Assembly: GCA_029061225.1 (NCBI GenBank)
Contig: JAIDSM010000122.1
Coordinates: forward strand, 1,909-65,908
DNA length: 64,000 nucleotides
Reading direction: 5' to 3'
From: Muribaculaceae bacterium
GTDB taxonomy: Bacteria; Bacteroidota; Bacteroidia; Bacteroidales; Muribaculaceae
In this document: piece by piece, positions 27,716 through 37,806 of the stretch
How the letters are laid out: the number at the start of each line of letters is the position of its first letter
How positions within the stretch are numbered: position 1 is the first letter of the stretch
Notes under the pieces: model-generated
What the model was told of the DNA's origin: nothing
What the model saw: the letters and a program-made list of their open reading frames with translations, nothing else
The model's database searches: none
Made by a program: the position numbers and the translations under genes

Positions 27716-28510
27716 ATGTCTAATCATTTCGATTACATGCCTAAGCCTGAAGGATGGCAGTCGTCTGAGACTATGGAGATTACTCCCGTGGAAGAAACCG
27801 CACCTGTTGTCGCTCCTTCTACTACTGCGGAAGCTGAACCATACCCGCAGTCAAATCTTCAGGATACTCCTGAAGATACGACACCCGTCGAACGCTTCAT
27901 CACCGGATTCTCCCACCTGATATCATGGGTGTTTGTGCCGTTGCTGATGCCGGTCTATGGTATTTTGCTGATCTTCTCACTGTCGTTTCTATCGTATGCT
28001 CCTTTCGGCACGAAGCTGCTATTCACCCTTATAGTCTTCGGCGCCAACTTTCTGGTGCCTATGATTCTTGTGCTTCTGCTTAAGAAACTCGGTATGATAG
28101 AAGATGTCGGGCTCAACGGTCGCAAAGAGCGGCTGATACCTTATATAATCACAATAGTGTGTCTGGCGGGCACCGGCCTTTTCCTCTATCTTAAGATGGC
28201 TCCCGTATGGGTCGCTATGTTCTTTGTCGGAGGAGCTCTTGCGGGGCTTGTCAATCTTCTGGTCAATTTCCGATGGAAGATCAGTGCTCATGCAGCCGGA
28301 ATCGCCGGAGTGGTAGCGATGCTTATTCAGGTCATAAAGGAAGGTCCGTCAAGTGATGGTATGGTCTGGTGGATAGTAGGAGCTATCCTTTGTGCCGGCC
28401 TGCTGGGCAGTGCGCGCATCTGGCTCGGACGCCACACTCTCTTGCAGGTGCTTGCCGGCTCCGCCGTGGGATTTCTTTGCGTCTGGTCGCTATCCCTAAT
28501 TCTTAAATAA
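27716..28510 (+). CDS. PAP2-like multi-pass membrane protein
   Basis: WKISAH, SAR..LGRHT..QV motifs; 6-7 TM segments. Confidence 0.7.
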   Translation: MSNHFDYMPKPEGWQSSETMEITPVEETAPVVAPSTTAEAEPYPQSNLQDTPEDTTPVERFITGFSHLISWVFVPLLMPVYGILLIFSLSFLSYAPFGTKLLFTLIVFGANFLVPMILVLLLKKLGMIEDVGLNGRKERLIPYIITIVCLAGTGLFLYLKMAPVWVAMFFVGGALAGLVNLLVNFRWKISAHAAGIAGVVAMLIQVIKEGPSSDGMVWWIVGAILCAGLLGSARIWLGRHTLLQVLAGSAVGFLCVWSLSLILK

Positions 28511-28716
28511 CCCTGTACCCCGATACCCCGATACCCGGATAACCATATAACCCTTAAGTGAGCCTGCGAAACTTAAATTAAATTAAGGATTAAAGATTTT
28601 GCTATTTGGGAAATTTTTACTAATTTCGCATTCTGCAATGCCGGATACTCTTTCCAGATAAGATTAGGCATCTTGCAGTTTATCATTCATCATTAATAAT
28701 TAATCATTAAATAGAA

Positions 28717-29031
28717 ATGGCACAGGAAAATCAGAATCAGAACCAGAACCAGCTTCAGATCCAGCTCCGTCCCGAAGTGGCCGACGGAAAATACTCCAAC
28801 CTTGCGATGATCGGCCACGGCGCCAATGAGTTCCTCATCGATTTCATTTTCGCAGCCCCCGGAATGCCGCAGGCTCCGGTAGTGAGCCGCATCATCATGA
28901 GCCCCGAAAACGCTAAGCAGCTTATGTATGCGCTCACAGACAACGTGCGCAAGTATGAGGATAAGTTTGGCGAGATCGTTCGCAAGGACGGAAATGGCGC
29001 TCAGAAAAAGAATCCTTTCAGCAACAATTGA
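28717..29031 (+). CDS. DUF3467 family protein
   Basis: G.YSNLA.I.H...EF.IDF...SRIIMSP..AK. Confidence 0.85.
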   Translation: MAQENQNQNQNQLQIQLRPEVADGKYSNLAMIGHGANEFLIDFIFAAPGMPQAPVVSRIIMSPENAKQLMYALTDNVRKYEDKFGEIVRKDGNGAQKKNPFSNN

Positions 29032-29178
29032 TAGACTCCATCGTTGCCGACACTGTCAAAGTCGTCATCGATGCTTGCATATCGGGACGCGCGGACGCAC
29101 ATGCCGGGCGTCCTGATGGGTTTTATAGGATTACCTCACGATTCACAATTTTCAATTCTCCATTCTCAATTATAAGAA

Positions 29179-30660
29179 ATGCTCTACATCTACAATACAC
29201 TGAGCCGCGTTAAGCAGCCGTTCAAGCCTTTGCACGAAGGGCGTGTCGGCATGTATGTTTGCGGTCCCACCGTCTATGGAGATGCCCATCTCGGTCATGC
29301 GCGTCCTGCCATCACTTTCGATATCCTTTTCCGATACCTCAGACATCTCGGCTATAAAGTGCGCTATGTACGAAACATAACGGATGTCGGGCATCTTGAG
29401 CACGATGCCGACTCCGGAGAAGACAAGGTCGCGAAAAAGGCGCGCCTTGAGCAGCTGGAGCCGATGGAGGTGGTGCAGTATTATCTCAACCGATACCATC
29501 ACGATATGGAGGCGCTTAATGTATTGCCTCCCAGTATAGAGCCTCACGCCTCCGGCCATATCATCGAGCAGATTGAATACGTCAAGAAGATACTTGATGC
29601 CGGATATGCCTATGAAAGCCAGGGTTCTGTCTATTTCGATGTCGCTAAATACAACAAAGACCACCGCTACGGCAAACTGTCGGGACGAAATATTGACGAC
29701 CTTCTCTCTACTACGCGCGAACTCGATGGTCAGGATGAGAAGCGCAATCCGCTCGACTTCGCCCTCTGGAAGAAAGCCGCTCCGGAGCATATCATGCACT
29801 GGCCTTCCCCTTGGAGCGAGGGCTTCCCGGGCTGGCATCTTGAATGCTCCACTATGGGGGAAAAGTATCTCGGAGAGGAATTCGATATCCACGGTGGAGG
29901 AATGGACCTTATGTTCCCCCATCATGAATGTGAGATCGCCCAGAGTGTCGCGGCAAAGGGTCATGACACGGTTCGCTATTGGATGCACAACAACATGATC
30001 ACGATAGCCGGAAAGAAGATGGGCAAGAGCTACAACAACTTTATTACCCTTGAGCAGTTCTTCAAAGGTGAGCATCCGCTTCTGACTCGTCCGTATTCTC
30101 CTATGGTGATTCGATTCTTCATCCTGCAGGCTCAGTACCGCAGTACTGTTGATTTCTCCGATGCTGCACTTCAGGCTGCAGAGAAGGCTCTTGAGAAGAT
30201 GCTTGATGGCTATCGCAGGCTGCAGGCCCTCAAGCCTGCTGAGAAATCGAGCGTGGAGCTTCCCGACTTTGCCTCAAAGTGCTACGAAGCCATGGACGAC
30301 GACCTGAATACTCCTACCGTCATAGCGGAACTCTTCGATGCCTGCTCTTATATCAATAAGGCTACCGACGGACAGATTACCCTTTCCGCCGAAGACATCG
30401 ACAAGCTTAAATCCCTTTTCAATACATTCCTTATCGACCTGCTCGGTATACGTGTGGATTCCTCTGCGGGAGCAACAGATGGCAATCCCGCGCAGACCAG
30501 GGCCTTTGAGGGAGCCGTAGATCTGCTGATGGACGTTCGTAAGAATGCCAAAGCAGCCAAGGACTGGGCTACCAGCGACTTCATCCGCGATCGTCTCGCC
30601 GAGCTGGGCTTTGACGTGAAAGACACCAAGAACGGAGTTGAATGGAAGATAAAATCATAA
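29179..30660 (+). CDS. cysS: Cysteine--tRNA ligase
   Basis: [40 protein letters not shown]. Confidence 0.97.
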   Translation: MLYIYNTLSRVKQPFKPLHEGRVGMYVCGPTVYGDAHLGHARPAITFDILFRYLRHLGYKVRYVRNITDVGHLEHDADSGEDKVAKKARLEQLEPMEVVQYYLNRYHHDMEALNVLPPSIEPHASGHIIEQIEYVKKILDAGYAYESQGSVYFDVAKYNKDHRYGKLSGRNIDDLLSTTRELDGQDEKRNPLDFALWKKAAPEHIMHWPSPWSEGFPGWHLECSTMGEKYLGEEFDIHGGGMDLMFPHHECEIAQSVAAKGHDTVRYWMHNNMITIAGKKMGKSYNNFITLEQFFKGEHPLLTRPYSPMVIRFFILQAQYRSTVDFSDAALQAAEKALEKMLDGYRRLQALKPAEKSSVELPDFASKCYEAMDDDLNTPTVIAELFDACSYINKATDGQITLSAEDIDKLKSLFNTFLIDLLGIRVDSSAGATDGNPAQTRAFEGAVDLLMDVRKNAKAAKDWATSDFIRDRLAELGFDVKDTKNGVEWKIKS

Positions 30661-30750
30661 TTGAGAATTGGGAACGGTGAATTTTGAATTGTGGCGCTTT
30701 GGATAATCCTCAATTCTGAATTCTCAATTCTCAATTCAAATTCTCAATTA
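30658..30750. repeat. Opposed heptamer-repeat tracts (GAGAATT / AATTCTC) forming a long hairpin
   Basis: AATTGAGAATTG...TTTGAATT followed by CAATTCTGAATTCTCAATTCTCAATTCAAATTCTCAATT. Confidence 0.7.
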
Positions 30751-30755
30751 TTCTT

Positions 30756-32372
30756 ATGTCAAAATATAATTATAATAGGAGGCGGAGCAGTGTCGCCCGT
30801 GCTGGAAATGTTGAGATCGGCGGAGATAATCCTATAAGGGTGCAGTCTATGTGCAACACCAACACAAACGACACAGATGCCAGTGCGGCTCAGTCGCTGC
30901 GTATAGCTGAAGCGGGGGGTGAACTCGTTCGCCTGACTACACAGGGGGTAAAGGAAGCATCAAATATGGCCAATATCAAGAAAGCTCTCCTTGAGGCCGG
31001 ATGCGACGTGCCGCTTGTGGCTGATGTCCATTTTAATCCGAATGCTGCTTTCGAAGCGGCCGCTACCTGCGACAAGGTCCGCATCAATCCCGGTAACTTC
31101 GTGGATGCTGCCCGTACTTTTAAGAAACTGGAGTTCACCGATGATGAATATTCCCGTGAACTTGAGAAGATACGGTCAAAGTTCGTTCCTTTCCTCAATA
31201 TCTGCAAAGAGCATCAGACGTGTGTGCGTCTTGGTGTGAATCATGGTTCTCTTTCCGACAGGATCATGAGCCGTTATGGTGACACTCCGGCAGGTATGGT
31301 GGAATCAGTGATGGAGTTCCTCCGCATAGCGCGGGAAGAGGATTTTGACAACATAGTCATATCGGTAAAGGCCTCCAATGTCACCGTGATGGTGGAGACC
31401 GTGCGCCTTCTTGTCGAGACAATGGAAAAGGAGGGAATGCAATTTCCGCTTCATCTTGGAGTGACGGAGGCAGGCGACGGGGAGGACGGCCGGATCAAAA
31501 GCGCTGTCGGAATCGGCACTCTTTTAGGCGACGGTATAGGCGATACTATCCGCGTCTCACTCAGTGAGGATCCTGAAGCGGAGATTCCGGTTGCGGTCAA
31601 GCTCCGCGATTATATCGCCTCCCGGTCCGGTCACGATCCTATTCCGGAGCCTGCGGCAGTGCTTCCGGGTAAGTCCCGGGAGTATGCGTCGCCTTTTCAT
31701 TGTGATGAATTCCCTGTGATGGACCTCGACTTCACGCTTCAGCCTGACTGGCATTATACCACCACTGCTATGGAGCCCTCTTTATACGATGATTTGAAGC
31801 CGGTAGTGCTTACTACCTCGGCTGACAATCGCCCCGGTGCCTTCAGAAGCTGGATCGATAGGTTCGTGGCCCTCGGTGGAAAGAATCCGGTCATAATCAT
31901 GATGGGCTTCCTGACGACAAACCTTGAAGAGCTTCAAATAGAGGCTGCCGCCGACTTCGGACCGTTGCTTCTCGACGGTTACGCATCTGGCATTGGTATC
32001 GTCGCTTCCGAGAAGTTTACCAAGGAGGAAGTGAATAGTGTAGCGCTTGGAATTCTGCAGGCTGCAAGAATTCGCATCTCGAAGACGGAATACATTGCCT
32101 GTCCCGGTTGCGGACGCACTCTGTTCGACCTTCAGAAGACCCTTGCTGACGTGAAGGCTCACACGGGCCATCTGAAAGGGCTAAAGATAGGGGTGATGGG
32201 GTGTATAGTCAATGGTCCCGGAGAGATGGCGGATGCCGACTACGGTTACGTGGGGGCAGGCCCCGGAAGGGTGTCTATATATAAAGGAAAGACACTTGTC
32301 CGAAAGAATATTCCGGCCGATGAAGCCTTGCAGGCTCTCTTGAATCTCATTAAGGAAGACGGAAAAAGGTGA
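30756..32372 (+). CDS. ispG: 4-hydroxy-3-methylbut-2-en-1-yl diphosphate synthase
   Basis: VQSM, VADVHF, RINPGN, HLGVTEAG, CPGCGR, MGCIVNGPGE. Confidence 0.96.
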   Translation: MSKYNYNRRRSSVARAGNVEIGGDNPIRVQSMCNTNTNDTDASAAQSLRIAEAGGELVRLTTQGVKEASNMANIKKALLEAGCDVPLVADVHFNPNAAFEAAATCDKVRINPGNFVDAARTFKKLEFTDDEYSRELEKIRSKFVPFLNICKEHQTCVRLGVNHGSLSDRIMSRYGDTPAGMVESVMEFLRIAREEDFDNIVISVKASNVTVMVETVRLLVETMEKEGMQFPLHLGVTEAGDGEDGRIKSAVGIGTLLGDGIGDTIRVSLSEDPEAEIPVAVKLRDYIASRSGHDPIPEPAAVLPGKSREYASPFHCDEFPVMDLDFTLQPDWHYTTTAMEPSLYDDLKPVVLTTSADNRPGAFRSWIDRFVALGGKNPVIIMMGFLTTNLEELQIEAAADFGPLLLDGYASGIGIVASEKFTKEEVNSVALGILQAARIRISKTEYIACPGCGRTLFDLQKTLADVKAHTGHLKGLKIGVMGCIVNGPGEMADADYGYVGAGPGRVSIYKGKTLVRKNIPADEALQALLNLIKEDGKR

Positions 32373-32628
32373 CTGCAACTTTTTTAGGAATAATAGCGAA
32401 CATTATCAAGTCCCTTTTGTTATAGATTTGAAAGTGGTGATTTTTTTTCATATTTTTAGTGAAATTTGAAAAAAATATATTAATTTTGCAGTCGTTTATA
32501 TAATGTCGCAGAAAATGAAGTTCAGGTTTGCATATGAGAAGTATGGCAATGCCTGATTGCTGATTCCACTTGTTAAGACGCAATATAACAACAATTAAAT
32601 AATTATCAATAACTTAAAATTACCAGAG

Positions 32629-35109
32629 ATGAAGAAAAAGGTACTCTATGGGTTTGCCATGGCGCTTGTTGCAAGTGCCTCCATGGGAACTCTTCAGTCC
32701 TGTAAGGACGACATGAGCGACTTCAAGCATCAGTACAATTATGATCAGGATAGTCTTCTGAAAAGGTTAAGTGCTCTCGAAGGTGCCGTTCAGGCTTGCA
32801 AGGAGAACTGCCGTCAGGAGATTGACGCTCTTAGCCGTCGTATCCAGACAAATGCAGACAAGATCGATAATCTTGATGCGGAACTCAGAAATCTTGCTGC
32901 GAAGTTAAGTGATTACGTCACTTATACTGACCTTGAGACAAAACTCGCTGAACTTGAGACAAAACTTGAGACAAACTGCAATGCTTATACTGACCAGCAG
33001 ATAGCCAATGCGTTGGCTCCGATCATTACTGACTTAAATAATGTAAAGACTGATCTCGGTGATCTAAGCGGTGTTGTTAACGGTCTTAAGGAAGACTTTA
33101 GTAAACTCTCTGATAAGGTAGACGCTAATGAGGCGGCCATCATCGCTATGAACACTACTCTTGAGAATCATGAGACTGCTCTCCGTGAGTTGAACTATAA
33201 GCTTCAGGAGCTCGAGGCTACAGTGCTTGGCCACACTGAAGAGATCGAGGGCCTTAAGCTGGAGATCGAAGGCCTTAACAACATGATTGAGGAGGCTTTC
33301 CTCAAGATTGAGGAAACTCAGCAGTTCCTCACTCAGGCTATCAACATGCTCATGAATGAGATTGAGGAGAAGTTTGGCGAGCTTACCAACCGTCTCGATA
33401 ACCTCATCACTGGTATCGTGCTTCAGGGCACCGATTCCCCGGTATTCGGTAACCTCAACACTCCGCTTGGCATCCAGAGCAACATCCTCTTCAACTGGTA
33501 TGGCTACAACGACAATCCTGGGTTCAAGTTCCCGAGTGCTTCCAGCATGTACAACTACTATGATGCAGAACCGGTCCTTACAGATAGCGATCTCGCAGCC
33601 CTCGCTCCTGAATATCAGGATGTGAAGAGGGGTATCTATGGCGACGTCAACCTCGGTAAGCTTTACATGACCATCAACCCTGCAGGCCACTTCTTCAATG
33701 AGGAAGGCTTCAAGCTTGAGTCTACTGCCGAGAACCAGTATCCCGCTACTCTCAAGGTTAAGAAGAGCACCGAGGAACTCACTTTCGGTTATACCCGCGC
33801 TACAGTAGAAGGCAACGGATTCTATGAAGCAGACGTTATCGTTGAGGCTGCAAACATCGAGGCTGCCAGAATGGATCTTCAGGATGGTCTCAAGTCCTCT
33901 ATGGAAAATGCTCTCAAGGATCCGTCAAAGCGTACTGCAGCTGCCCTCCTTAAGGGTGTCTACAGCCAGCTCAACGGCACTCTCCCGGCATATGCCGTTC
34001 GCTATAACTGGAGCAACAACGATAAGGACTATTCCGTAGTCAGCAACTATGCAGTGGCTGCCACTACCGCTAAGCCTCTCAGCTACTCCTTCCTCTATGG
34101 CAAGGGCACTGATAAGAAGCTTCCGACTTTCGGCCATATCGATAACTTCATATATAAGCTGAAAGACAATGCTAATTTCAAGTTTGATTTTACTGGATAT
34201 GGTCTTGATTTTGAACCGTTCTCTATCAAAATTGATCCGCTGGAAATCAACGCTGATAATGTTAAGGTAACTGGTGGAGAACTGACTGTGAATCTTCCTC
34301 CGATCTATGTCTATGGAAACGTAGAAGGTGTCAATAAGGGTCAACTTATTGGCGAGGCTCATCCGGATCCTGTAGTGGTTGAAGGCAATGACCTTAACAA
34401 TATCTACGCAGCTATTGAAAAAGGTATAAAGGATGCTATTAAGGATATGTCTGGTGATATTACCGGCTGGACCAATGATCTTCAGGGTCAGATAAATACT
34501 AAGGTTGACAACATGCTGTCTGACGTTGAAGTAAAGATCAACAAGATGCTGAAGGATATAGGTGATGACATAACAGGTCGTGTCGAAAATATCATTGATG
34601 AATTCGGCGATCAAGCTGAGCCTTATTTCAAACGTATCAACCGCCTTATCGATCTCTACAACAAGGTAGCTGGAAAGATCAATGGCTTCCTCTCCAACCC
34701 GAACCACTACCTGCAGGTGGCTATGTTCTACAATCAGGCTAACTCCAACATGGGCCTTCTCTCTAATGCCAAGTCTTCTCCGACAGTCTTCACACGCGGC
34801 AATGGTAACTTCTGCCTCTACGCGTCAAGCTATACCGGCGAGCTCGTTTGTCCCGCATACATGAAGTATGTAGCTGTAACTAATGTATACGACGCTAAGA
34901 CTGGTGCTGTAGCCGCTAATGCAGCAGCTGAGAGAACTGCAGTGAACAACGCAGCCGAGTACTTCAACACTGTTAAGAGCGGCAACACTATCCGCTATGC
35001 AGTGCCTGCTTCCGCTCTCAAGTCCGGCCTCATCTATGAGATCGTTTACCAGGGCGTTGACTACTCAGGTCGCACCTCGACTCAGAAATTCTACATCCAG
35101 GTTAAATAA
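32629..35109 (+). CDS. Large surface lipoprotein with long coiled coil
   Basis: Lipobox LQS-CKDD with an acidic export-signal-like stretch; ~230-aa heptad region; strongly biased codon use. Confidence 0.75.
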   Translation: MKKKVLYGFAMALVASASMGTLQSCKDDMSDFKHQYNYDQDSLLKRLSALEGAVQACKENCRQEIDALSRRIQTNADKIDNLDAELRNLAAKLSDYVTYTDLETKLAELETKLETNCNAYTDQQIANALAPIITDLNNVKTDLGDLSGVVNGLKEDFSKLSDKVDANEAAIIAMNTTLENHETALRELNYKLQELEATVLGHTEEIEGLKLEIEGLNNMIEEAFLKIEETQQFLTQAINMLMNEIEEKFGELTNRLDNLITGIVLQGTDSPVFGNLNTPLGIQSNILFNWYGYNDNPGFKFPSASSMYNYYDAEPVLTDSDLAALAPEYQDVKRGIYGDVNLGKLYMTINPAGHFFNEEGFKLESTAENQYPATLKVKKSTEELTFGYTRATVEGNGFYEADVIVEAANIEAARMDLQDGLKSSMENALKDPSKRTAAALLKGVYSQLNGTLPAYAVRYNWSNNDKDYSVVSNYAVAATTAKPLSYSFLYGKGTDKKLPTFGHIDNFIYKLKDNANFKFDFTGYGLDFEPFSIKIDPLEINADNVKVTGGELTVNLPPIYVYGNVEGVNKGQLIGEAHPDPVVVEGNDLNNIYAAIEKGIKDAIKDMSGDITGWTNDLQGQINTKVDNMLSDVEVKINKMLKDIGDDITGRVENIIDEFGDQAEPYFKRINRLIDLYNKVAGKINGFLSNPNHYLQVAMFYNQANSNMGLLSNAKSSPTVFTRGNGNFCLYASSYTGELVCPAYMKYVAVTNVYDAKTGAVAANAAAERTAVNNAAEYFNTVKSGNTIRYAVPASALKSGLIYEIVYQGVDYSGRTSTQKFYIQVK

Positions 35110-35125
35110 GTTTTGATTATGTCGC

Positions 35126-35149
35126 GTCCGGAGTCTTCGGACTCCGGAC
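35126..35149. promoter_or_regulatory. Perfect intercistronic hairpin with cUUCGg loop
   Basis: GTCCGGAGTC-TTCG-GACTCCGGAC with no U tract; probable mRNA-stabilising stem. Confidence 0.6.
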
Positions 35150-35194
35150 CGATTGAAAAACCATTAAGTAACCCAATTTATCAAAGAATTAATT

Positions 35195-36322
35195 ATGAAA
35201 TTAAATAAGATTCTGCTCGCTGGTGCCATGCTTTTCGCCGGAGCTACTGCAATGGCTCAGGAAACCATCACCGAGTATTCATACGTCAATAACTGGTATA
35301 TTCAGGGCCAGTTTGGCGGTCAGGAGACTCTTGGTGAGTCCTCCTTCGGTCACCTCTTCAACCCGAACGCACAGATCACCGTCGGTACTAACTTCAATCC
35401 CTACATCGGAGCTCGTCTCGCTGTCAATGCATGGCAGTCTAAAGGCGCACTCGATTTCAGCGATCCCGTAGGCAACCAGCGTTGGAAATGGAACTATGTA
35501 GCTCCTACAATCGATGCTGTTGTCAATATGACCAATCTCATCGGCGGTTACAATCCCAATCGTTTGGTTGACGTTGACCTTATCGCCGGTATCGGCGCCA
35601 ATATCGCATGGAACAACAAGCAGGCTATCGCTGCGAGCGACCGTCTTGTCGCTAACAACGCAGGTCCTCTCGAGCTCCTCTGGGACGGCACAAAGGCTCG
35701 TTTCTTGGGTCAGTTCGGATTCGATCTTAACTTCAACGTTTCTGAGCATGTAGCTCTTGGCCTCGAATTCATGGCCAACGTGCTTCCCGATGGATACAAC
35801 TCCAAGCTTGCCCACAATGCAGACTGGTATTTCAATGGCCTTGCAGGTATCAAGTATACTTTCGGTCCGAAATACAACAAGACCGTTCGCACTGTTGAGG
35901 TTCCCGTTCAGCAGCCTCAGATCATCGAGCGCATAGTTGAGAAGGTCATCGAACCCGCTCCGGTTGTTCCGGTAGTTGAGGAAGTGGTTAAGCCTGAGAT
36001 GCTCCGTCGCGACATCTTCTTCCGCATCAACACTGCTACTATCACAAAGGATGAGATGTACAAGGTCAATGAAGTGGCTCAGTTCCTCAAGGATCATCCC
36101 AATGCTAAGGTTGTGATCACCGGTTATGCCGATAAGGGTACTGGTACACTCGCCATCAACCTCCGTCTCAGCAAGCAGCGTGCGGAGATCGTGGCCAACA
36201 CCCTCAAGAAAAATTACAGCATCGCAGCAGACCGCATCATCGTCAAGAGCATGGGCGAGGCTGAAGAGCAGCCTTACGCAGATCCCGTTGACAACCGCGT
36301 AGCTATCTGCGTCTGCGAGTGA
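35195..36322 (+). CDS. OmpA family outer-membrane protein
   Basis: Signal peptide, beta-barrel region, Pro-rich hinge, ITGYAD.GTG...N.RLS..RA peptidoglycan-binding domain. Confidence 0.92.
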   Translation: MKLNKILLAGAMLFAGATAMAQETITEYSYVNNWYIQGQFGGQETLGESSFGHLFNPNAQITVGTNFNPYIGARLAVNAWQSKGALDFSDPVGNQRWKWNYVAPTIDAVVNMTNLIGGYNPNRLVDVDLIAGIGANIAWNNKQAIAASDRLVANNAGPLELLWDGTKARFLGQFGFDLNFNVSEHVALGLEFMANVLPDGYNSKLAHNADWYFNGLAGIKYTFGPKYNKTVRTVEVPVQQPQIIERIVEKVIEPAPVVPVVEEVVKPEMLRRDIFFRINTATITKDEMYKVNEVAQFLKDHPNAKVVITGYADKGTGTLAINLRLSKQRAEIVANTLKKNYSIAADRIIVKSMGEAEEQPYADPVDNRVAICVCE

Positions 36323-36381
36323 TTATAGAAAACTTGCAAAGGATACAATATAAGTTATATCCCGAGCGTTAAGTGAAAAGC

Positions 36382-36418
36382 ACATCCGTCGTGTCATGTT
36401 GCACGACGGATGTTTCTT
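36382..36418 (+). terminator. Intrinsic terminator after the ompA-like gene
   Basis: ACATCCGTCGTG...CACGACGGATGT-TTCTT. Confidence 0.7.
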
Positions 36419-36442
36419 GATTTAACCCATTTAACAATACAT

Positions 36443-37624
36443 ATGAAGAAACTTCTACTAAGCGCAATCATTGCCATGTCGGTGTTTCCGGCCATGGCCG
36501 ACCTTGAGGGTGACGGCTATTATCGTGTGCAGAACGCCGTGACCAAGCGTTATGCCTATCTCCTCGACAATAAAGGATCTTTCAATGCCGCGACTTCAAC
36601 TGTAGACGTTCAGGCGTTAGAGCTCTATCTTGGTTTTTCAAAGGCTTGCTCGGACCCATCCACCGTCTTCTATATCAGTAAGATCAATTCCACGGGTTCT
36701 TTGTCCAAATATGATATTGCCGGACAAGGAACAAGCATTCAGGGTTTCCTTGATGAAGTCAATATGTATATCATAAAAAGTAAGGTGATAGATGGAGAGC
36801 AGGCTTACCTGGCAAACGGAGATAATGGCCTTATGTCGAAATATCTTGGCGACAGGAACTCAAGCCTGACTGAGGAGCAGGGACTTGCTTCCGCCGATGT
36901 CTCCGGCGACAGGAGACTGTGGTATATTGATCCGGTGAAAGCTGATTCTTCCGACAGTTATTTTGGAGTCGCTCCGACCCTCACGTGTGGAGGTAAATAT
37001 TACTACCCGATGTATGCGGGCTTTCCCTATGACGCGTATTCCGAGGGCATAAAGTTCTATGCTGTCACAAAAGTGAATCCCTGGGCTGAAGTTCCGGCTG
37101 TAGGACTCAAGGAACTTACAGGTGTGATTCCAGCGGGAGCTCCTGTGATCATAGAATGTTCGCATCCTCTTCCTACCGACAATCGCCTGAATGTAGGTGG
37201 GGATGGACAGCTTGCGGAGCTCAGCGGCAATCTGCTGAAAGGTGTCTACTTCAATAATGATGATGTCATTCATAAGAACCGTAAGGCCTATGACCGCAAG
37301 ACAATGCGAATCCTTACGGTAAAAGACGGCAACCTATGTTTTGAAGTGGCCGATATCGACTATCTTCCGCGTAACCAAGCCTATCTTCAGCTTACTGAAG
37401 CAGATCAGTACAATGTCGGAAGCTTCAAGGTGGTGAGTGAAGAAGTATATGAGGCTGAATACAATGGGGTTTCTGTTGTGGAGGATTCCTCTGTGGTCGA
37501 TGTGTATAGTCTGGATGGCAGGCTTGTGAAAGCCGGAGTCAACAAGGAAGAAGTTCCCGCTCTTGGCAAAGGCTTATATATCCTGCGCAGCGGCAACAAT
37601 TCGGAAAAAGCGGTCGTGCGCTGA
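36443..37624 (+). CDS. Secreted protein with T9SS-type C-terminal signal
   Basis: MKKLLL signal peptide; C-terminus VYSLDGRLV...GLYIL...KAVVR. Confidence 0.75.
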   Translation: MKKLLLSAIIAMSVFPAMADLEGDGYYRVQNAVTKRYAYLLDNKGSFNAATSTVDVQALELYLGFSKACSDPSTVFYISKINSTGSLSKYDIAGQGTSIQGFLDEVNMYIIKSKVIDGEQAYLANGDNGLMSKYLGDRNSSLTEEQGLASADVSGDRRLWYIDPVKADSSDSYFGVAPTLTCGGKYYYPMYAGFPYDAYSEGIKFYAVTKVNPWAEVPAVGLKELTGVIPAGAPVIIECSHPLPTDNRLNVGGDGQLAELSGNLLKGVYFNNDDVIHKNRKAYDRKTMRILTVKDGNLCFEVADIDYLPRNQAYLQLTEADQYNVGSFKVVSEEVYEAEYNGVSVVEDSSVVDVYSLDGRLVKAGVNKEEVPALGKGLYILRSGNNSEKAVVR

Positions 37625-37667
37625 TAGAAACTTACTCAAACATTATAATCCGTTTCTATGTTATATA

Positions 37668-37701
37668 AGGTGGGGACGCCCTTGGGCGTCCACACTTTTT
37701 T
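37668..37701 (+). terminator. Intrinsic terminator
   Basis: AGGTGGGGACGCCC-tt-GGGCGTCCACACTTTTTT. Confidence 0.65.
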
Positions 37702-37806
37702 GTTGTCATGAAAGAGAAGAGACGGTGGTGTAAAAGCACTTCGCTCTAACCGGAGATGACTATTGCGATAATAAATAACTAATAAATAATTAAGGACAAG
37801 AATATT

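Noticed and set aside
29170-30075. Long antisense ORFs (also 47774..48877, 35279..36097, 33925..34707, 57411..58238)
   Set aside because: Shadows of strongly codon-biased genes on the opposite strand.
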